Of a DNA stretch of 56,313 nt, positions 16,724-26,082 are shown one piece after another. The stretch's first letter is position 1; each line of letters opens with the position of its first letter. This stretch comes from a virus. Lineage: Duplodnaviria; Heunggongvirae; Uroviricota; Caudoviricetes. The stretch lies in the IMG/VR virus record IMGVR_UViG_3300021255_002251; one strand, written 5' to 3'. Below the pieces are notes generated by a model. That model made no database searches and was not told where the DNA came from. It was given only the letters and a program-made list of their open reading frames with translations. Both the position numbers and the translations under genes were made by a program.

Positions 16724-18634
16724 TCAAATCCTGCCTTGCCCATGATCCACTTTCTCTTTCAGAAGCCTTTTCAGCCCCCTCTTGCTTAAATCCACTGCGA
16801 AGTTGAAAGGTGCTCGCATTTCTGACATTGGGTGTACTAGGTCTCCAACCGGGTCTGTCACGTCCAATATTGGATTCCCGTTGTACAGGTTGTTTGTACG
16901 CCATCCAATGCAGAACTTCGGGAGTTCGCATTTCAGGAACTTCTGTACCTGCTTGTAGGTTTCAAAGCAGAAGGTAAAACTCCAAGATGCCTTTTCGCCA
17001 GTAATGGGGCAGATTGCCTTGCCTTCTTTGAATTCGGACAAAGACATTCTGTGAAGATATTTCGCTTTCCCAACCAGAATGCTCATCGAGGGCGTCTCAT
17101 GTGCAAAAATTTCGCAGCAGCAGTTATCCTGCTTCTCGGGCGAGCCAAAATTCACACACCCCTCTTTCCCGTCTGTCTGATTGTAAGCGGCGGCGCATAG
17201 GGCGTAAATCTCCTTCCTTCGTTCTTCAAGGCGTTCTCGATACCACTTCAGAAGACCTTCCTTGCCGCCAAAATCGGAATACTCTTTTGTTATCTTACGG
17301 GAGACGAATCGTGCCAATTGCTTTCGGACCTCATAATAGGCCTGAAGCCTCATTCTTTTGGGCGAGCCGATGAACTCCTGCTCGCAATGCCCGTTCCCTA
17401 TGAGCCTTTGAGAACTTCTGCTTGCAAGAACCTTTGAATAGTTAATGCTAAAGCCGTCTCCGTAAGCATCGAGAATGTCCTGGTTGATTCCGCTGAACAC
17501 CCCGTACTCACCAGTATCCGTGCCGTCGAATTCCTTGTCGTACCCTCCGCTGACAACCTTGTTGGTCTCAAATCGAGGGAGAGGAAAGTTGGCCGTGGCA
17601 GAAACGATTGGAGACTTCTGCCATGACACTATCGCTGTTGACTTCGCTTCTTTGTTCTCGAGTTGAGCAAGGTTCATCGGTAAAAGGGAGTTCACGACTA
17701 CGGTCTCTCCGCTTACCTTGTGCCCCATGTGTTTCTGTGCGATGAGGGCAATTGATAGGAACATCCTTATAGCCAGTTCCATGTTCTTGTCGTCGAACAG
17801 GTCTCTGTTTTCCCCCATTCTGAATTCGGTTGAATACCCCTTGTAGTCAGTCTCCTTGCTAAACTCGCACAAGGCGTAAGGGAACAGGTCGTATGCCTTA
17901 CGGTCTTCTACATAGCGGCCGCTCCTCATATGGCTATGCTGCCCGGCATAAACCTCGTCGATTCGCTCATTGTAGGAGAAGAGGTTTCCGTTCGACTTGA
18001 CGAAGAACCCGAACCATCCGTCAAGCGTGCCGGGGTTTGTAATGAAGCAGATATAGATTCCGTCTTTTGACTGCTCAAGACGTATGAGGCATTCGGCAAG
18101 CGAGCCACAAACCTGCACGGATCCTACCGTAGAATCCAACTTCCCCACAGGAAGACATGAGTTTGCATACACTTCGAATTTGAGCTTCGGGAATTCATTG
18201 AAGACGGCTTCAAGCGCTTTGTCGAGGGCCGCATCAATGTCAGTGGCCTCGCCAATTGCCTTTTGCTTTGAAAGAACGCTTATCGCACCTGCAAGCAGTC
18301 CAACCAGTTCCGCCCGATAACCCTTTACCTGCTCTGAGTTGACGATTCCAAGACATTCTCTATATCTGTCAAGTGCCATAGAATCTGAAATGACGGCAGA
18401 GACTGGGACAACCGTTTCTTTAATCTGTTCTCGGCACAGATGGGACAGGTAGATGATGGACAACTTGCCAGTCTCATCGAAACTGTTAGCAATGTCTGCT
18501 ATTTTTGTGATGTCGTGTTCGCTTAGTCCATTGTCACTTGCGAGCCGATAGAAGTCTTCTGCAAGGTGAAAGTCACCTGACGGTTCATTTAGGAGAAAAT
18601 CAGTGAGCCTGCTCAGAATAGATTCATTATCCAT
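16724..18634 (-). CDS. Large hypothetical protein, 636 aa
   Basis: Long ORF. Start placed at MDNESIL after GGAGG. No family recognised. Confidence 0.8.
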   Translation of the reverse strand: MDNESILSRLTDFLLNEPSGDFHLAEDFYRLASDNGLSEHDITKIADIANSFDETGKLSIIYLSHLCREQIKETVVPVSAVISDSMALDRYRECLGIVNSEQVKGYRAELVGLLAGAISVLSKQKAIGEATDIDAALDKALEAVFNEFPKLKFEVYANSCLPVGKLDSTVGSVQVCGSLAECLIRLEQSKDGIYICFITNPGTLDGWFGFFVKSNGNLFSYNERIDEVYAGQHSHMRSGRYVEDRKAYDLFPYALCEFSKETDYKGYSTEFRMGENRDLFDDKNMELAIRMFLSIALIAQKHMGHKVSGETVVVNSLLPMNLAQLENKEAKSTAIVSWQKSPIVSATANFPLPRFETNKVVSGGYDKEFDGTDTGEYGVFSGINQDILDAYGDGFSINYSKVLASRSSQRLIGNGHCEQEFIGSPKRMRLQAYYEVRKQLARFVSRKITKEYSDFGGKEGLLKWYRERLEERRKEIYALCAAAYNQTDGKEGCVNFGSPEKQDNCCCEIFAHETPSMSILVGKAKYLHRMSLSEFKEGKAICPITGEKASWSFTFCFETYKQVQKFLKCELPKFCIGWRTNNLYNGNPILDVTDPVGDLVHPMSEMRAPFNFAVDLSKRGLKRLLKEKVDHGQGRI

Positions 18635-18659
18635 TGTTCTTGTGCCTCCGTATAGAGGG

Positions 18660-19016
18660 TCAAACATCGTTCTCTTTGAATCCAAGTTTTTCAAACCCTT
18701 TCTTGCCAATGTTTCCCTTGCCGAACTTGAGCCGCCGCCAAGTCCCCTTGCGAGTCGTGCATCCGCCGTTGTTGCCAGCCATGGCTTCTATGCTTATGTA
18801 TCTATTTCTAGTTGCATCGTCTCTTGCCTCTATCATCCTATCGGCATACGTCAACTGCTCTCCGTACTTCCGTTCGTTCTCATCCGCCTGCCGTTCCTTT
18901 CTCTGCTTCTCCTCTGTCATCCGTCTGGCAACGGCTATTCCCTTTTCCGCTTCCTTGCGGTCTTGGAGTTTTTTGAGAAGGGCTAGTGCTGCAGGAGTTG
19001 GCGTCCATTGTTCCAT
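18660..19016 (-). CDS. Hypothetical protein, 118 aa
   Basis: AGGAG RBS before MEQWTP. Confidence 0.65.
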   Translation of the reverse strand: MEQWTPTPAALALLKKLQDRKEAEKGIAVARRMTEEKQRKERQADENERKYGEQLTYADRMIEARDDATRNRYISIEAMAGNNGGCTTRKGTWRRLKFGKGNIGKKGFEKLGFKENDV

Positions 19017-19030
19017 TTCGGAATCTCCTT

Positions 19031-19198
19031 CTAGGCTACCTTCTTGTCCCATCCGTTTGTTCTTCCCGTGACTTCATAGACCCAGTGGAATCCGTTCTTA
19101 ATGCACTTGTCGCAGAACTTCTTGCCAGGGGCTTTGGTCTTGAACTGCTTTCCGCAGAATGGACACTGCTTGTATTGTATGGGTTGTGTCTTTGTCAT
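19031..19198 (-). CDS. Small Zn-ribbon protein, 55 aa (not in ORF track)
   Basis: Hand translation begins MTKTQPIQYKQCPFCGKQFKTKAPGKKFCDKC. ATGA overlap with the upstream gene. Confidence 0.7.
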   Translation of the reverse strand: MTKTQPIQYKQCPFCGKQFKTKAPGKKFCDKCIKNGFHWVYEVTGRTNGWDKKVA

Positions 19199-20172
19199 TT
19201 CTTGATTTCCTTCTTTTCTTCTTCTATGAACTTCTTCAAACTTTCTATTTCTCTGTCAATGGTTTTCCGTTGATATTCAAGGTCTTGTATCTTGATTCTT
19301 GCCTCTGACACTTTCTCATCTCTTCCAAGGAAGGCCCTTCTCAAGTAGTTGTTTTCATCTGGAACAAAGACAATGTTGCCGAACTCCTTGTAGAACTTTC
19401 CCTGCATCAAGTCCTTGTGCAGGAAATAGTCTTCGTCACGTAGCTGGTATTCCTGATAGTCAAGCGCTTGAAGTCTTTTGAGCCTTCTTATTAGTTCCTG
19501 TTCGTCATTGTCAAGGTCTGTGTATTCGGTTACGGCAAATTTCTTCGCTTCAGTGGTTTCTCTCTTGTTGAACTCTCGCTCCAGCATTGAATAGTTGCCG
19601 GTGCCTTTGTCGCAGCGATGCCACTCCGTGTAGCTATCGCCAGCACCATGCCAAGGGTGATAGAGGTATGCTGTTGCATGTACAGACCATATATGGCGTT
19701 GGATTCTCCTTATTAGACAATGCTCGAACCCAAGAAAAGATTCTGGCAATGGCTCTCCCCTATTATAAGACATCCTAACCCTATCCATCATGAATTGACG
19801 ATGGTTTGAATACTGCTGCCTATTGAATACCCGGAATGTCTCTTTGCTAAACGTTGGCGGAACAAACTCCTTGACTTCAACAAGAGTATGCTTAACTTCT
19901 TCTATCTTGGTACGGTCAAGGCGACTGAACGTGGGATTGCTCACATCAAAATACAGAGGTGCTTTCGATACGGCAAATTCTTCATCTCGTGCAGGGTAGA
20001 GTCTCGTGAAAGAAACTATGTTTCCTTGTCCACGCTCTCCAACTTCTCTACCGTCATATTTAAGAAGTCTAGTTTTGTAGGCTGCATAGAAATGACGGTT
20101 CTCAAGACGGAAACCGTTCTCGCTTACAGAGAACAGCTTTTCGAGAGAATGGTCTAACTTAATTCTGCTCAT
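19195..20172 (-). CDS. Hypothetical protein with C-terminal coiled coil
   Basis: Long ORF. Start placed just after the upstream stop. Confidence 0.75.
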   Translation of the reverse strand: MSRIKLDHSLEKLFSVSENGFRLENRHFYAAYKTRLLKYDGREVGERGQGNIVSFTRLYPARDEEFAVSKAPLYFDVSNPTFSRLDRTKIEEVKHTLVEVKEFVPPTFSKETFRVFNRQQYSNHRQFMMDRVRMSYNRGEPLPESFLGFEHCLIRRIQRHIWSVHATAYLYHPWHGAGDSYTEWHRCDKGTGNYSMLEREFNKRETTEAKKFAVTEYTDLDNDEQELIRRLKRLQALDYQEYQLRDEDYFLHKDLMQGKFYKEFGNIVFVPDENNYLRRAFLGRDEKVSEARIKIQDLEYQRKTIDREIESLKKFIEEEKKEIKK

Positions 20173-20174
20173 TT

Positions 20175-20414
20175 TTAGTTCCACCATGATGCCTTGGTAG
20201 TAGATTTCGCATCGCCCTCACACAGCGAAAGCCAATCTGGAAGAACGGCCGCATCATACTTTTGACGCAAAACGCCATAAGACATGTATTTATCCAAGTC
20301 TGATTTTGTTACTGTCTTACCAAACTTTTCAGACAGATACTTAAGCATCTCTGACATATCACACATCAGACATCCAGAGAATGCAGACACAATAGCTTTT
20401 TCACGTGTTGTCAT
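20175..20414 (-). CDS. Small phage protein (MT.REKAIVSA..G..M type)
   Basis: Coupled to the upstream gene, with a common phage N-terminal motif. Confidence 0.7.
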   Translation of the reverse strand: MTTREKAIVSAFSGCLMCDMSEMLKYLSEKFGKTVTKSDLDKYMSYGVLRQKYDAAVLPDWLSLCEGDAKSTTKASWWN

Positions 20415-20821
20415 ATTCCCTTCTTCTCTCTCAATGATACATCCTTAGTTGGTTCTATTGCCTCCGAAAGGACTTTCCTTATCTTCTCGATCGTAAGGAC
20501 AGCACTCCCACCAAAGAATCCATCTGACTTTGCCTCATCACAATATCTAATTGCTTTTTCTATTGCAGAGCGCATCTTGTCCTCTTCTGACTTGTGGTCG
20601 AAAAAGGAATTGGCTATCTCCTTGATGAAAGTTTGCTGGCAGTTGAAAATGCCATAAATCCTTACGGCTTCCGTTAGAGGCTTTCCGAGAAGTATTCCTA
20701 CCGCAATGCTCTCTACTTCTATGTATGGCTTCCCAATCACAGGTTCGTTGTGCAATTTCCAACTTCCTCCTTGTCTAAAGAAGATGTTGTATGCGGGAAA
20801 CTCAATCTGTACTTCTTTCAT
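20411..20821 (-). CDS. Hypothetical protein, 136 aa
   Basis: ATGA overlaps on both sides. Confidence 0.7.
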   Translation of the reverse strand: MKEVQIEFPAYNIFFRQGGSWKLHNEPVIGKPYIEVESIAVGILLGKPLTEAVRIYGIFNCQQTFIKEIANSFFDHKSEEDKMRSAIEKAIRYCDEAKSDGFFGGSAVLTIEKIRKVLSEAIEPTKDVSLREKKGI

Positions 20822-21072
20822 TTCTTTTCAACCTCCTCATTCTTCAATCGGACAATCTCGTTGATTTCAACCTTGCATATCATGAAACTTGCGATGCGGT
20901 CTCTACGGTATTCGCAAGACCTTCGCCCTTTTGCAAATTCCTCCGCATCTCGTTCCGCATCAATAGCTCTCTTGTAAGCTCTCGCAACCGGTGCTGCAGT
21001 ATGGTCTTTGAACATTGCCCATATTTGGTATGAGCCACAGGTAAACTTGTAGTTTGTCGGTTCGAAATTCAT
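20818..21072 (-). CDS. Hypothetical protein, 84 aa
   Basis: Coupled to the downstream gene. Confidence 0.65.
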   Translation of the reverse strand: MNFEPTNYKFTCGSYQIWAMFKDHTAAPVARAYKRAIDAERDAEEFAKGRRSCEYRRDRIASFMICKVEINEIVRLKNEEVEKK

Positions 21073-21095
21073 TTTGAGTTTTTCTCTTACCCATA

Positions 21096-21209
21096 TTATC
21101 CAACATTATAGTAGTCGAGCCTCAAGACAAAATAGTTCTTGCCTTTAAGGGGTGTCCCGTCCGTATGCTCTATTCTGTACTTCTTGTACACCCTACCGTC
21201 CAAGCTCAC
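21096..21209 (-). pseudogene. Probable truncated member of the Y.KY.I...DG.P...YFVLRLD phage family, 37 aa
   Basis: Hand translation gives MSLDGRVYKKYRIEHTDGTPLKGKNYFVLRLDYYNVG*. It has a GGAGG RBS and stops shortly after YFVLRLD. Confidence 0.45.
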
Positions 21210-21409
21210 TTCGCACCTCCTTCCTTGCACTTGTCCTTCGCGTTGTCCACGAGCCGCATGAGTTCGGCAAGCGACTTCTCTGTCCGCGCATACTCGCTCT
21301 TAGCCTGATTACCAAGCGCGCCCCACGCCGTGCTGGCGATTTGCGACAGGCACGTTTTTGCAACCCACAGCAGTTCCGCGACCGCCGTCAGCTGTTCCCG
21401 CTTGCTCAC
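21206..21409 (-). CDS. Hypothetical protein, 67 aa
   Basis: GTGA overlaps and a GGAG RBS. Confidence 0.7.
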   Translation of the reverse strand: MSKREQLTAVAELLWVAKTCLSQIASTAWGALGNQAKSEYARTEKSLAELMRLVDNAKDKCKEGGAK

Positions 21410-21609
21410 TTCGCTTCTCCTTCCCCGCCGTCTGGAAGCACTTCAAACTCCATGACTGATAATGCTTCACATAGGCAATCCTTTGAACAGAACACGTTGT
21501 CACTCTCGTCCTCTTCGTCGAAGTATCTCATCTGCAAGAAGTTGTCGCAGACCTTAAAATATCTCTCTCCAACTGGAATCTCATTCCCGCATTGTGCGCA
21601 AATCTTCAC
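21406..21609 (-). CDS. Small Zn-finger protein (CAQC...FCSKDC)
   Basis: GTG start overlapping the upstream stop. Confidence 0.7.
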   Translation of the reverse strand: MKICAQCGNEIPVGERYFKVCDNFLQMRYFDEEDESDNVFCSKDCLCEALSVMEFEVLPDGGEGEAK

Positions 21610-21806
21610 TTCGCGACTCCTTCCCCGTTCCACAACTTGTATGCCTTGTCGAGGGAGTCAGCCCACGGTGATGTCTTCCCACAGCAATGGCAGACTATGC
21701 GGAAAATCCACATCGGGGCAATGATCAGAGGGTTGATTGCCACCCATGTCTTCTGCTCTTCCAGAACATGAACACTGCAACATGGCTTTAGTTCGGATAG
21801 TTTCAA
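21606..21806 (-). CDS. Lar-like small Zn protein
   Basis: LKPCC...I.CHCCG...A..LWN motif, TTG start in a TTGA overlap, AGGAG RBS. Confidence 0.55.
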   Translation of the reverse strand: MKLSELKPCCSVHVLEEQKTWVAINPLIIAPMWIFRIVCHCCGKTSPWADSLDKAYKLWNGEGVAK

Positions 21807-22132
21807 TTCTCGTCTCCTTCCTCCGCCTCGTAGGGCATCTGAGCCCATGCGAACTCACACTCTGTCCCCACCGTATCATTGAGGGGACATCTTGCACACT
21901 CCGAATCAGGGTTGTTTAAGTCCCAATGCGATTCACAGAATCTCATGAATCGCTTCTCCTGCTCCTCCGCCGTGCCGACGTCGCAGTTGCGGTTAGGGAC
22001 GGAAAGGGCATTTTTAGCTTTAGCCTTGATGAGACCACACGCAACATCATAACCATATCTTGCGCCAGCCTTGTAGCAGATAAGTAGAATCTCCTCTAGA
22101 GCCTCGCGTATCTTCATCTGATTACCGTCCAT
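21803..22132 (-). CDS. RNCD-family paralog 1
   Basis: MDGNQMKIREAL...ALSVPNRNCDV...W. Confidence 0.75.
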   Translation of the reverse strand: MDGNQMKIREALEEILLICYKAGARYGYDVACGLIKAKAKNALSVPNRNCDVGTAEEQEKRFMRFCESHWDLNNPDSECARCPLNDTVGTECEFAWAQMPYEAEEGDEN

Positions 22133-22136
22133 CGCA

Positions 22137-22517
22137 TCATCCCTTATTAGTTTTGACATATACACCACCCTCCATTTCCGTTCCACAACCGGGGCAGAAC
22201 CTATAATTATCCGCAAACGACTCTATCTCCTCCTCTGCTTGCTTATGCGTGTCCCAACCAGCCCACTGCGCGCGTCCACACTCTGAGCAGTATGCATATT
22301 CATATTCATACAGCGTGCCATTCTTCCACTTCCCCTTGTGCGGCAACGCTGAGAGAGCGCACCTTGCTTTCTCAACAGCGGATATGGTTTTGTTGATTAG
22401 TCCGCCGTCAAAGATATCGGCCTCTACCAATTCACACAAAAGGCGTTTAAGTCCTTCTGTATTGATGCACTTTATCGCCTCCAGTGCATTGCGCATCTTC
22501 TGCTGATAACATTCCAT
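22137..22517 (-). CDS. Mosaic protein: MR.AL helical module plus G.W...CSECG...FCPGCG Zn-ribbon
   Basis: The N-terminus resembles the RNCD family. The C-terminus is a common phage Zn-ribbon module. Confidence 0.75.
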   Translation of the reverse strand: MECYQQKMRNALEAIKCINTEGLKRLLCELVEADIFDGGLINKTISAVEKARCALSALPHKGKWKNGTLYEYEYAYCSECGRAQWAGWDTHKQAEEEIESFADNYRFCPGCGTEMEGGVYVKTNKG

Positions 22518-22527
22518 CTCCTTCTCC

Positions 22528-22902
22528 TTACATAAAGACCACTAGCGTTACAAGAATCTGTACTAGGTGCAGACATTGATCCACGATTAGGTTTATCTTC
22601 TGTCTGTTAGCTTTCAGGTCGTCAATTACTGCATGTACTACTGCATTGACCAATATTGCCACGATGAAGAACTTCGACGCATAGAATGGGGCACAGATGA
22701 ATATGCTCCAGTATAGAGCATGGCATAAAAGTGCGGCAACGAAGTCGAATCTGTATTTCGCAGGCGTCTGTCCGCCAAATGCTTTATCCCACCATGACTT
22801 CTGCTTTCCGTCCGCAAGCCAGCCTTGGAGCGTGTAGTCTGACACAAGATGTCCTAGAATCATCACGACCAATACGATTTGCCAATTCATTAGTCTTCTC
22901 AT
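22528..22902 (-). CDS. DUF3307 family membrane protein
   Basis: HLVSDYTLQ, H...YW, HAVIDDLK and DQCLH motifs. Confidence 0.8.
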   Translation of the reverse strand: MRRLMNWQIVLVVMILGHLVSDYTLQGWLADGKQKSWWDKAFGGQTPAKYRFDFVAALLCHALYWSIFICAPFYASKFFIVAILVNAVVHAVIDDLKANRQKINLIVDQCLHLVQILVTLVVFM

Positions 22903-23270
22903 TTCCGCTCCGCCGCCGGCGCGAGCATCCATTCGTCGTATGTCATTGGTTTCTGTTTGACAGTAGGGACTCTGCCAGTAAGACCATTCCCATACCGCTT
23001 CATGGAGGCTTTCCTGTATACCTCATAAGCCATACTCATTTCTAGTTGCGTGAGGTACACGTCGCAGTTCCTCGCTGGCTCGGAGAGGGCTTTTTGGATT
23101 GCCGTCTTTGCCTCGCACAAGTCGCGGTGAGCGCACAATATATCGGCGCAGTTAGATTGTATGTTGCTGTTCTCCCACGACAAGCTTTGGCATATATGCT
23201 CGGCATGGTGACATATTGCCTTCAGCGCTATTACTAGTGCCTCGCGCATCTTCATCTGATTACCGTCCAT
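22899..23270 (-). CDS. RNCD-family paralog 2
   Basis: MDGNQMKMREAL...ALSEPARNCDV...WMLAPA. Confidence 0.75.
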   Translation of the reverse strand: MDGNQMKMREALVIALKAICHHAEHICQSLSWENSNIQSNCADILCAHRDLCEAKTAIQKALSEPARNCDVYLTQLEMSMAYEVYRKASMKRYGNGLTGRVPTVKQKPMTYDEWMLAPAAERK

Positions 23271-23460
23271 CAGTCTCTCCTTTCTTCATGCAAATCTCCT
23301 TCATCTTCGCAAAGCAGTCATCGCATACGTCCATTTCGACAGGACGGGCAATAATTCCATCGCGTATTTTTACCGATTTCCCGCACATGGAATCAAACGG
23401 AGTCCTTTCAATTTCGCATCCGCACATATCGCAGAAGTATTTGTCATACACTTGTCTCAT
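23260..23460 (-). CDS. Small Zn-finger protein (CDMCG...CDDC)
   Basis: Start at MRQVYD, with an ATGA overlap and AGGAG RBS. Confidence 0.7.
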   Translation of the reverse strand: MRQVYDKYFCDMCGCEIERTPFDSMCGKSVKIRDGIIARPVEMDVCDDCFAKMKEICMKKGETDGR

Positions 23461-24251
23461 GCGTTTGCTCCTTTCTCCGTCGCGGGGGCGAGGATCCACG
23501 AAAATGCACAACCTCCTTCGGCATATCTGTGGGGACAAGAATATACACACGAGCCGTCCTCAGCTCTATTCTTGCAATGTTCATTTATCGCTTGCCCTGC
23601 TGATGCCGATGTTGTATAGATGTCGCAGTTCCTTGCGGGTTCTGATAGGGCGGATTTCGCCTTGTCAAGGGCATTTGACATTTCTTCGTATCCGCCGTTT
23701 TTCGACTTCAAGAAATTAAACATGGCATAGCAAGCATCGCTCAATGCCTCACGCATCGCCGCTGAATTGCCAATGCGCATATGCCTCAATCCACGCAGTT
23801 CCTTTAGCCAGTCTGCGAGTTGCTTGTGTTCACGACTACATTCCGTGTTGCATTGTACTGCTATTGTCTCCGCATGGTTGATGGCTTCGTCCAGTGTCAT
23901 TTTTGAATCAACAGAATTACTGGTTGAGTCAATTGGGCCTCTGGCTTTGTATGAATCTGACAAAGCATCTGTTGCATACCGTTCGATAAGGTCTATCGTA
24001 TCCTTAACACAATTTGTGACATTAGGATTCCGTTCTCTTAGTTCCATGACTAAATCAAGAATCCACTGGCAAGCGGTTCTAGGAGACAGTATCTCTGTCT
24101 GATGGCTAATGCTAGATTCAAGAAAGCGTGGTTCCAACTCTTTATTGATAATGTTCTTTATGCGCAGACAAAGTGACGTAGCCTCAATCTTGTGCGCTAC
24201 GAAATCCTCCAACTGCTCATGAATTTTTAGCAATGCTTCTCGCTTAGTCAT
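23457..24251 (-). CDS. RNCD-family paralog 3, multi-module fusion
   Basis: Contains the MTLDEAI.HA...C..EH.QLA.WL.EL module, then AMREAL...ALSEPARNCDI...WILAPA. Confidence 0.75.
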   Translation of the reverse strand: MTKREALLKIHEQLEDFVAHKIEATSLCLRIKNIINKELEPRFLESSISHQTEILSPRTACQWILDLVMELRERNPNVTNCVKDTIDLIERYATDALSDSYKARGPIDSTSNSVDSKMTLDEAINHAETIAVQCNTECSREHKQLADWLKELRGLRHMRIGNSAAMREALSDACYAMFNFLKSKNGGYEEMSNALDKAKSALSEPARNCDIYTTSASAGQAINEHCKNRAEDGSCVYSCPHRYAEGGCAFSWILAPATEKGANA

Positions 24252-24429
24252 TGTTTTTGCCCTTCTCGAGAATCCTAGTCATCGTTATGCAGATGCAAAA
24301 GATGCAAAGTAGAGAATACAATGCAACCGTCCATCCGTTTCCGTCCTTCGCATTAACCCCAATTCCTATCCCAGTTGCGGCGATTCCGTAAGGAGGCAAT
24401 GAGGCATCTATCATGTCAATGAGTTTCAT
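24244..24429 (-). CDS. Small membrane protein
   Basis: Two hydrophobic segments, coupled to neighbours. Confidence 0.6.
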   Translation of the reverse strand: MKLIDMIDASLPPYGIAATGIGIGVNAKDGNGWTVALYSLLCIFCICITMTRILEKGKNND

Positions 24430-24893
24430 TTCTCATCAGCCCTTTCCTTCTCCAACCGTGAAATTCTATCGAGGAGATTTTTGTTCTCATCTTTTAGATG
24501 CTCAATTTGACGATTGTTTCTATCATGCTCATCTTTTAGTTGTACAATGTATTTGTCGCGGAGACGATTCCTCTCCGAAATCCTGTTCGCAACATCTAGC
24601 ATCTTCATCGGAACTGTTATTCCGAAACAGCACTCCCCGCCATACTGCCAGTGGTCGGAATACGTAAGATGTACATTTCCCTCACTAAATTCTTCAAGGC
24701 AAAAACCCCCACGATCGGAGCGGTACTCATCGTCGTCGATGAATGTTGCACCGAACCTATTATACATTCCCTCTAGGTGCTTTGCCAATGCAACGCTAGT
24801 CTTGTACACTTCCTCCTTGATTTTCTCTCGCCTTGAGACGGAATCCGTTGAATCGTACTCCTTCACCAATTCCTTGTATTCAGTATATGTCAT
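24426..24893 (-). CDS. Hypothetical protein with C-terminal coiled coil
   Basis: ATGA overlaps. Confidence 0.75.
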   Translation of the reverse strand: MTYTEYKELVKEYDSTDSVSRREKIKEEVYKTSVALAKHLEGMYNRFGATFIDDDEYRSDRGGFCLEEFSEGNVHLTYSDHWQYGGECCFGITVPMKMLDVANRISERNRLRDKYIVQLKDEHDRNNRQIEHLKDENKNLLDRISRLEKERADEK

Positions 24894-25066
24894 CGCTTGT
24901 CCCTCTTACGATTGATTTTCCGCTGATTCCTCGCAACCTTGTTGGCTTCCCGCCTCTTGAAGATCTTCTTTGCTTCATCCTCAGTGTAAGTACAATATGG
25001 TAAGTTCTGGTCTACAACCTTCCCGTACCTGTCTCTACTAAAAGTAACTAGGCCAACCTTCTTCAC
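24890..25066 (-). CDS. Small basic protein, 58 aa (not in ORF track)
   Basis: Hand translation gives MKKVGLVTFSRD...RKINRKRDKR. Stop-start overlaps at both ends. Confidence 0.6.
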   Translation of the reverse strand: MKKVGLVTFSRDRYGKVVDQNLPYCTYTEDEAKKIFKRREANKVARNQRKINRKRDKR

Positions 25067-25218
25067 TTACTCCCTCTTCCTTTGTACTCTTCTGGTGGCC
25101 ACTTGCACAAGGCATTCATCCTTATCATCATGGCAGCACCCGTAGGTTTCTCTGACATCTCGCTCCCCGTATCTCTGGCAAATGCCATTGATTCTCTTAT
25201 GTCTTTAGGTTTTTCCAT
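25063..25218 (-). CDS. Small protein, 51 aa (not in ORF track)
   Basis: First gene after P6, with an AAGGAC leader. Confidence 0.6.
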   Translation of the reverse strand: MEKPKDIRESMAFARDTGSEMSEKPTGAAMMIRMNALCKWPPEEYKGRGSK

Positions 25219-25258
25219 CGTTTGTTTGTCCTTGTCCTTGTTGTCGTTGACGGAATAT

Positions 25259-25288
25259 ATTGTACCACACCCTATGGGCGGCTTTCAA
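25259..25288 (-). promoter_or_regulatory. Sigma70-type early promoter P6
   Basis: TTGAAA-18 nt-TACAAT with TG extension. The leader reads GTCAACGACAACAAGGACAAGGACAAAC. Confidence 0.85.
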
Positions 25289-25643
25289 GGGGGTGTTGAT
25301 TCTTTTGTTCTAAAAGTTGTTCGTTCAAGTCTTCGATGGTGTCGCACAGTAACTTCACGGTGTCGTAATGCGCCCCGTGCAGCCTATCAGTATTTTGGAA
25401 GTCTCTTCCAATCCGCAGCACATCCTCTACGGTGTGTCCGAAGTCAAAGCGGCGAAGTTTTGCGCCCCGCTTCTCCCTTGCGATAGCCGCCTCTAGCCTG
25501 TCGCAGTATTTGAGCAGGCGGACAGCCCATATGCACTCCCATCCTCTTTCGGAATTGCACCTAGGTGCTTCTACGGTCCTAATCTCCGTAATGATGTCTA
25601 GTGGAGTTTCAGAGGGATTTGGCGGTAGTCTGGGATTGGTCAT
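25272..25643 (-). CDS. Hypothetical protein (DII.EIR...DRLEAA..RE module)
   Basis: GAGG RBS and a common small phage module. Confidence 0.7.
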   Translation of the reverse strand: MTNPRLPPNPSETPLDIITEIRTVEAPRCNSERGWECIWAVRLLKYCDRLEAAIAREKRGAKLRRFDFGHTVEDVLRIGRDFQNTDRLHGAHYDTVKLLCDTIEDLNEQLLEQKNQHPLESRP

Positions 25644-25651
25644 CTCTCACC

Positions 25652-25882
25652 TCACGAAACAATATACCTGCCGAGACAAATGCCGTCTACAGTCTTGCTT
25701 CCACAAGTTATTGTTCTTTGCCCTGGCATCCGATAAACTCCGGGCTTTGGAGAATAGAGATTGTGTACCCATTCACCAGCCGTGTTCTGGCTCATGCAGT
25801 TAACGCATACCTCGTTCTGGTGCTCGCACGTGTTGCAGTCACCATACATGGGGTACTCTTCTTCTTGCTTCGCTTCGTCCAT
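25652..25882 (-). CDS. Small Cys-rich protein
   Basis: CxxC...CxxC, in operon order. Confidence 0.6.
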   Translation of the reverse strand: MDEAKQEEEYPMYGDCNTCEHQNEVCVNCMSQNTAGEWVHNLYSPKPGVYRMPGQRTITCGSKTVDGICLGRYIVS

Positions 25883-25902
25883 GACCCTAACTCTCTCTCT
25901 TT

Positions 25903-26082
25903 CTAGTCTTCGTGGCAGAGGTCTCCCCTAGCCTCCCTACGATATGCAGCAATCCGCTTCTCTGCCTGTTCGATCCTTTGAAGTTCTTTCTGATATTCTG
26001 GGTCTAACTCCAATTCCTCAAACATCTTTTGGAATGTTGTGTCATGTTCTATCGCAACCATGAATTCTTCTCCTTTCTTCAT
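25903..26082 (-). CDS. Small hypothetical protein
   Basis: TAATG overlap with the upstream stop. Confidence 0.55.
   Translation of the reverse strand: MKKGEEFMVAIEHDTTFQKMFEELELDPEYQKELQRIEQAEKRIAAYRREARGDLCHED

Larger units (their letters stand above)
22101..23271. repeat. 33-bp dispersed direct repeat (22101-22133 and 23239-23271)
   Basis: GCCTCGCG[T/C]ATCTTCATCTGATTACCGTCCATC, 32 of 33 identical, covering the starts of two paralogs. Confidence 0.9.

Noticed and set aside
21103-21135. Ninth early promoter at the TATAAT near 21105
   Set aside because: It lacks the family -35 box and leader, and no -35 lies at a suitable spacing.
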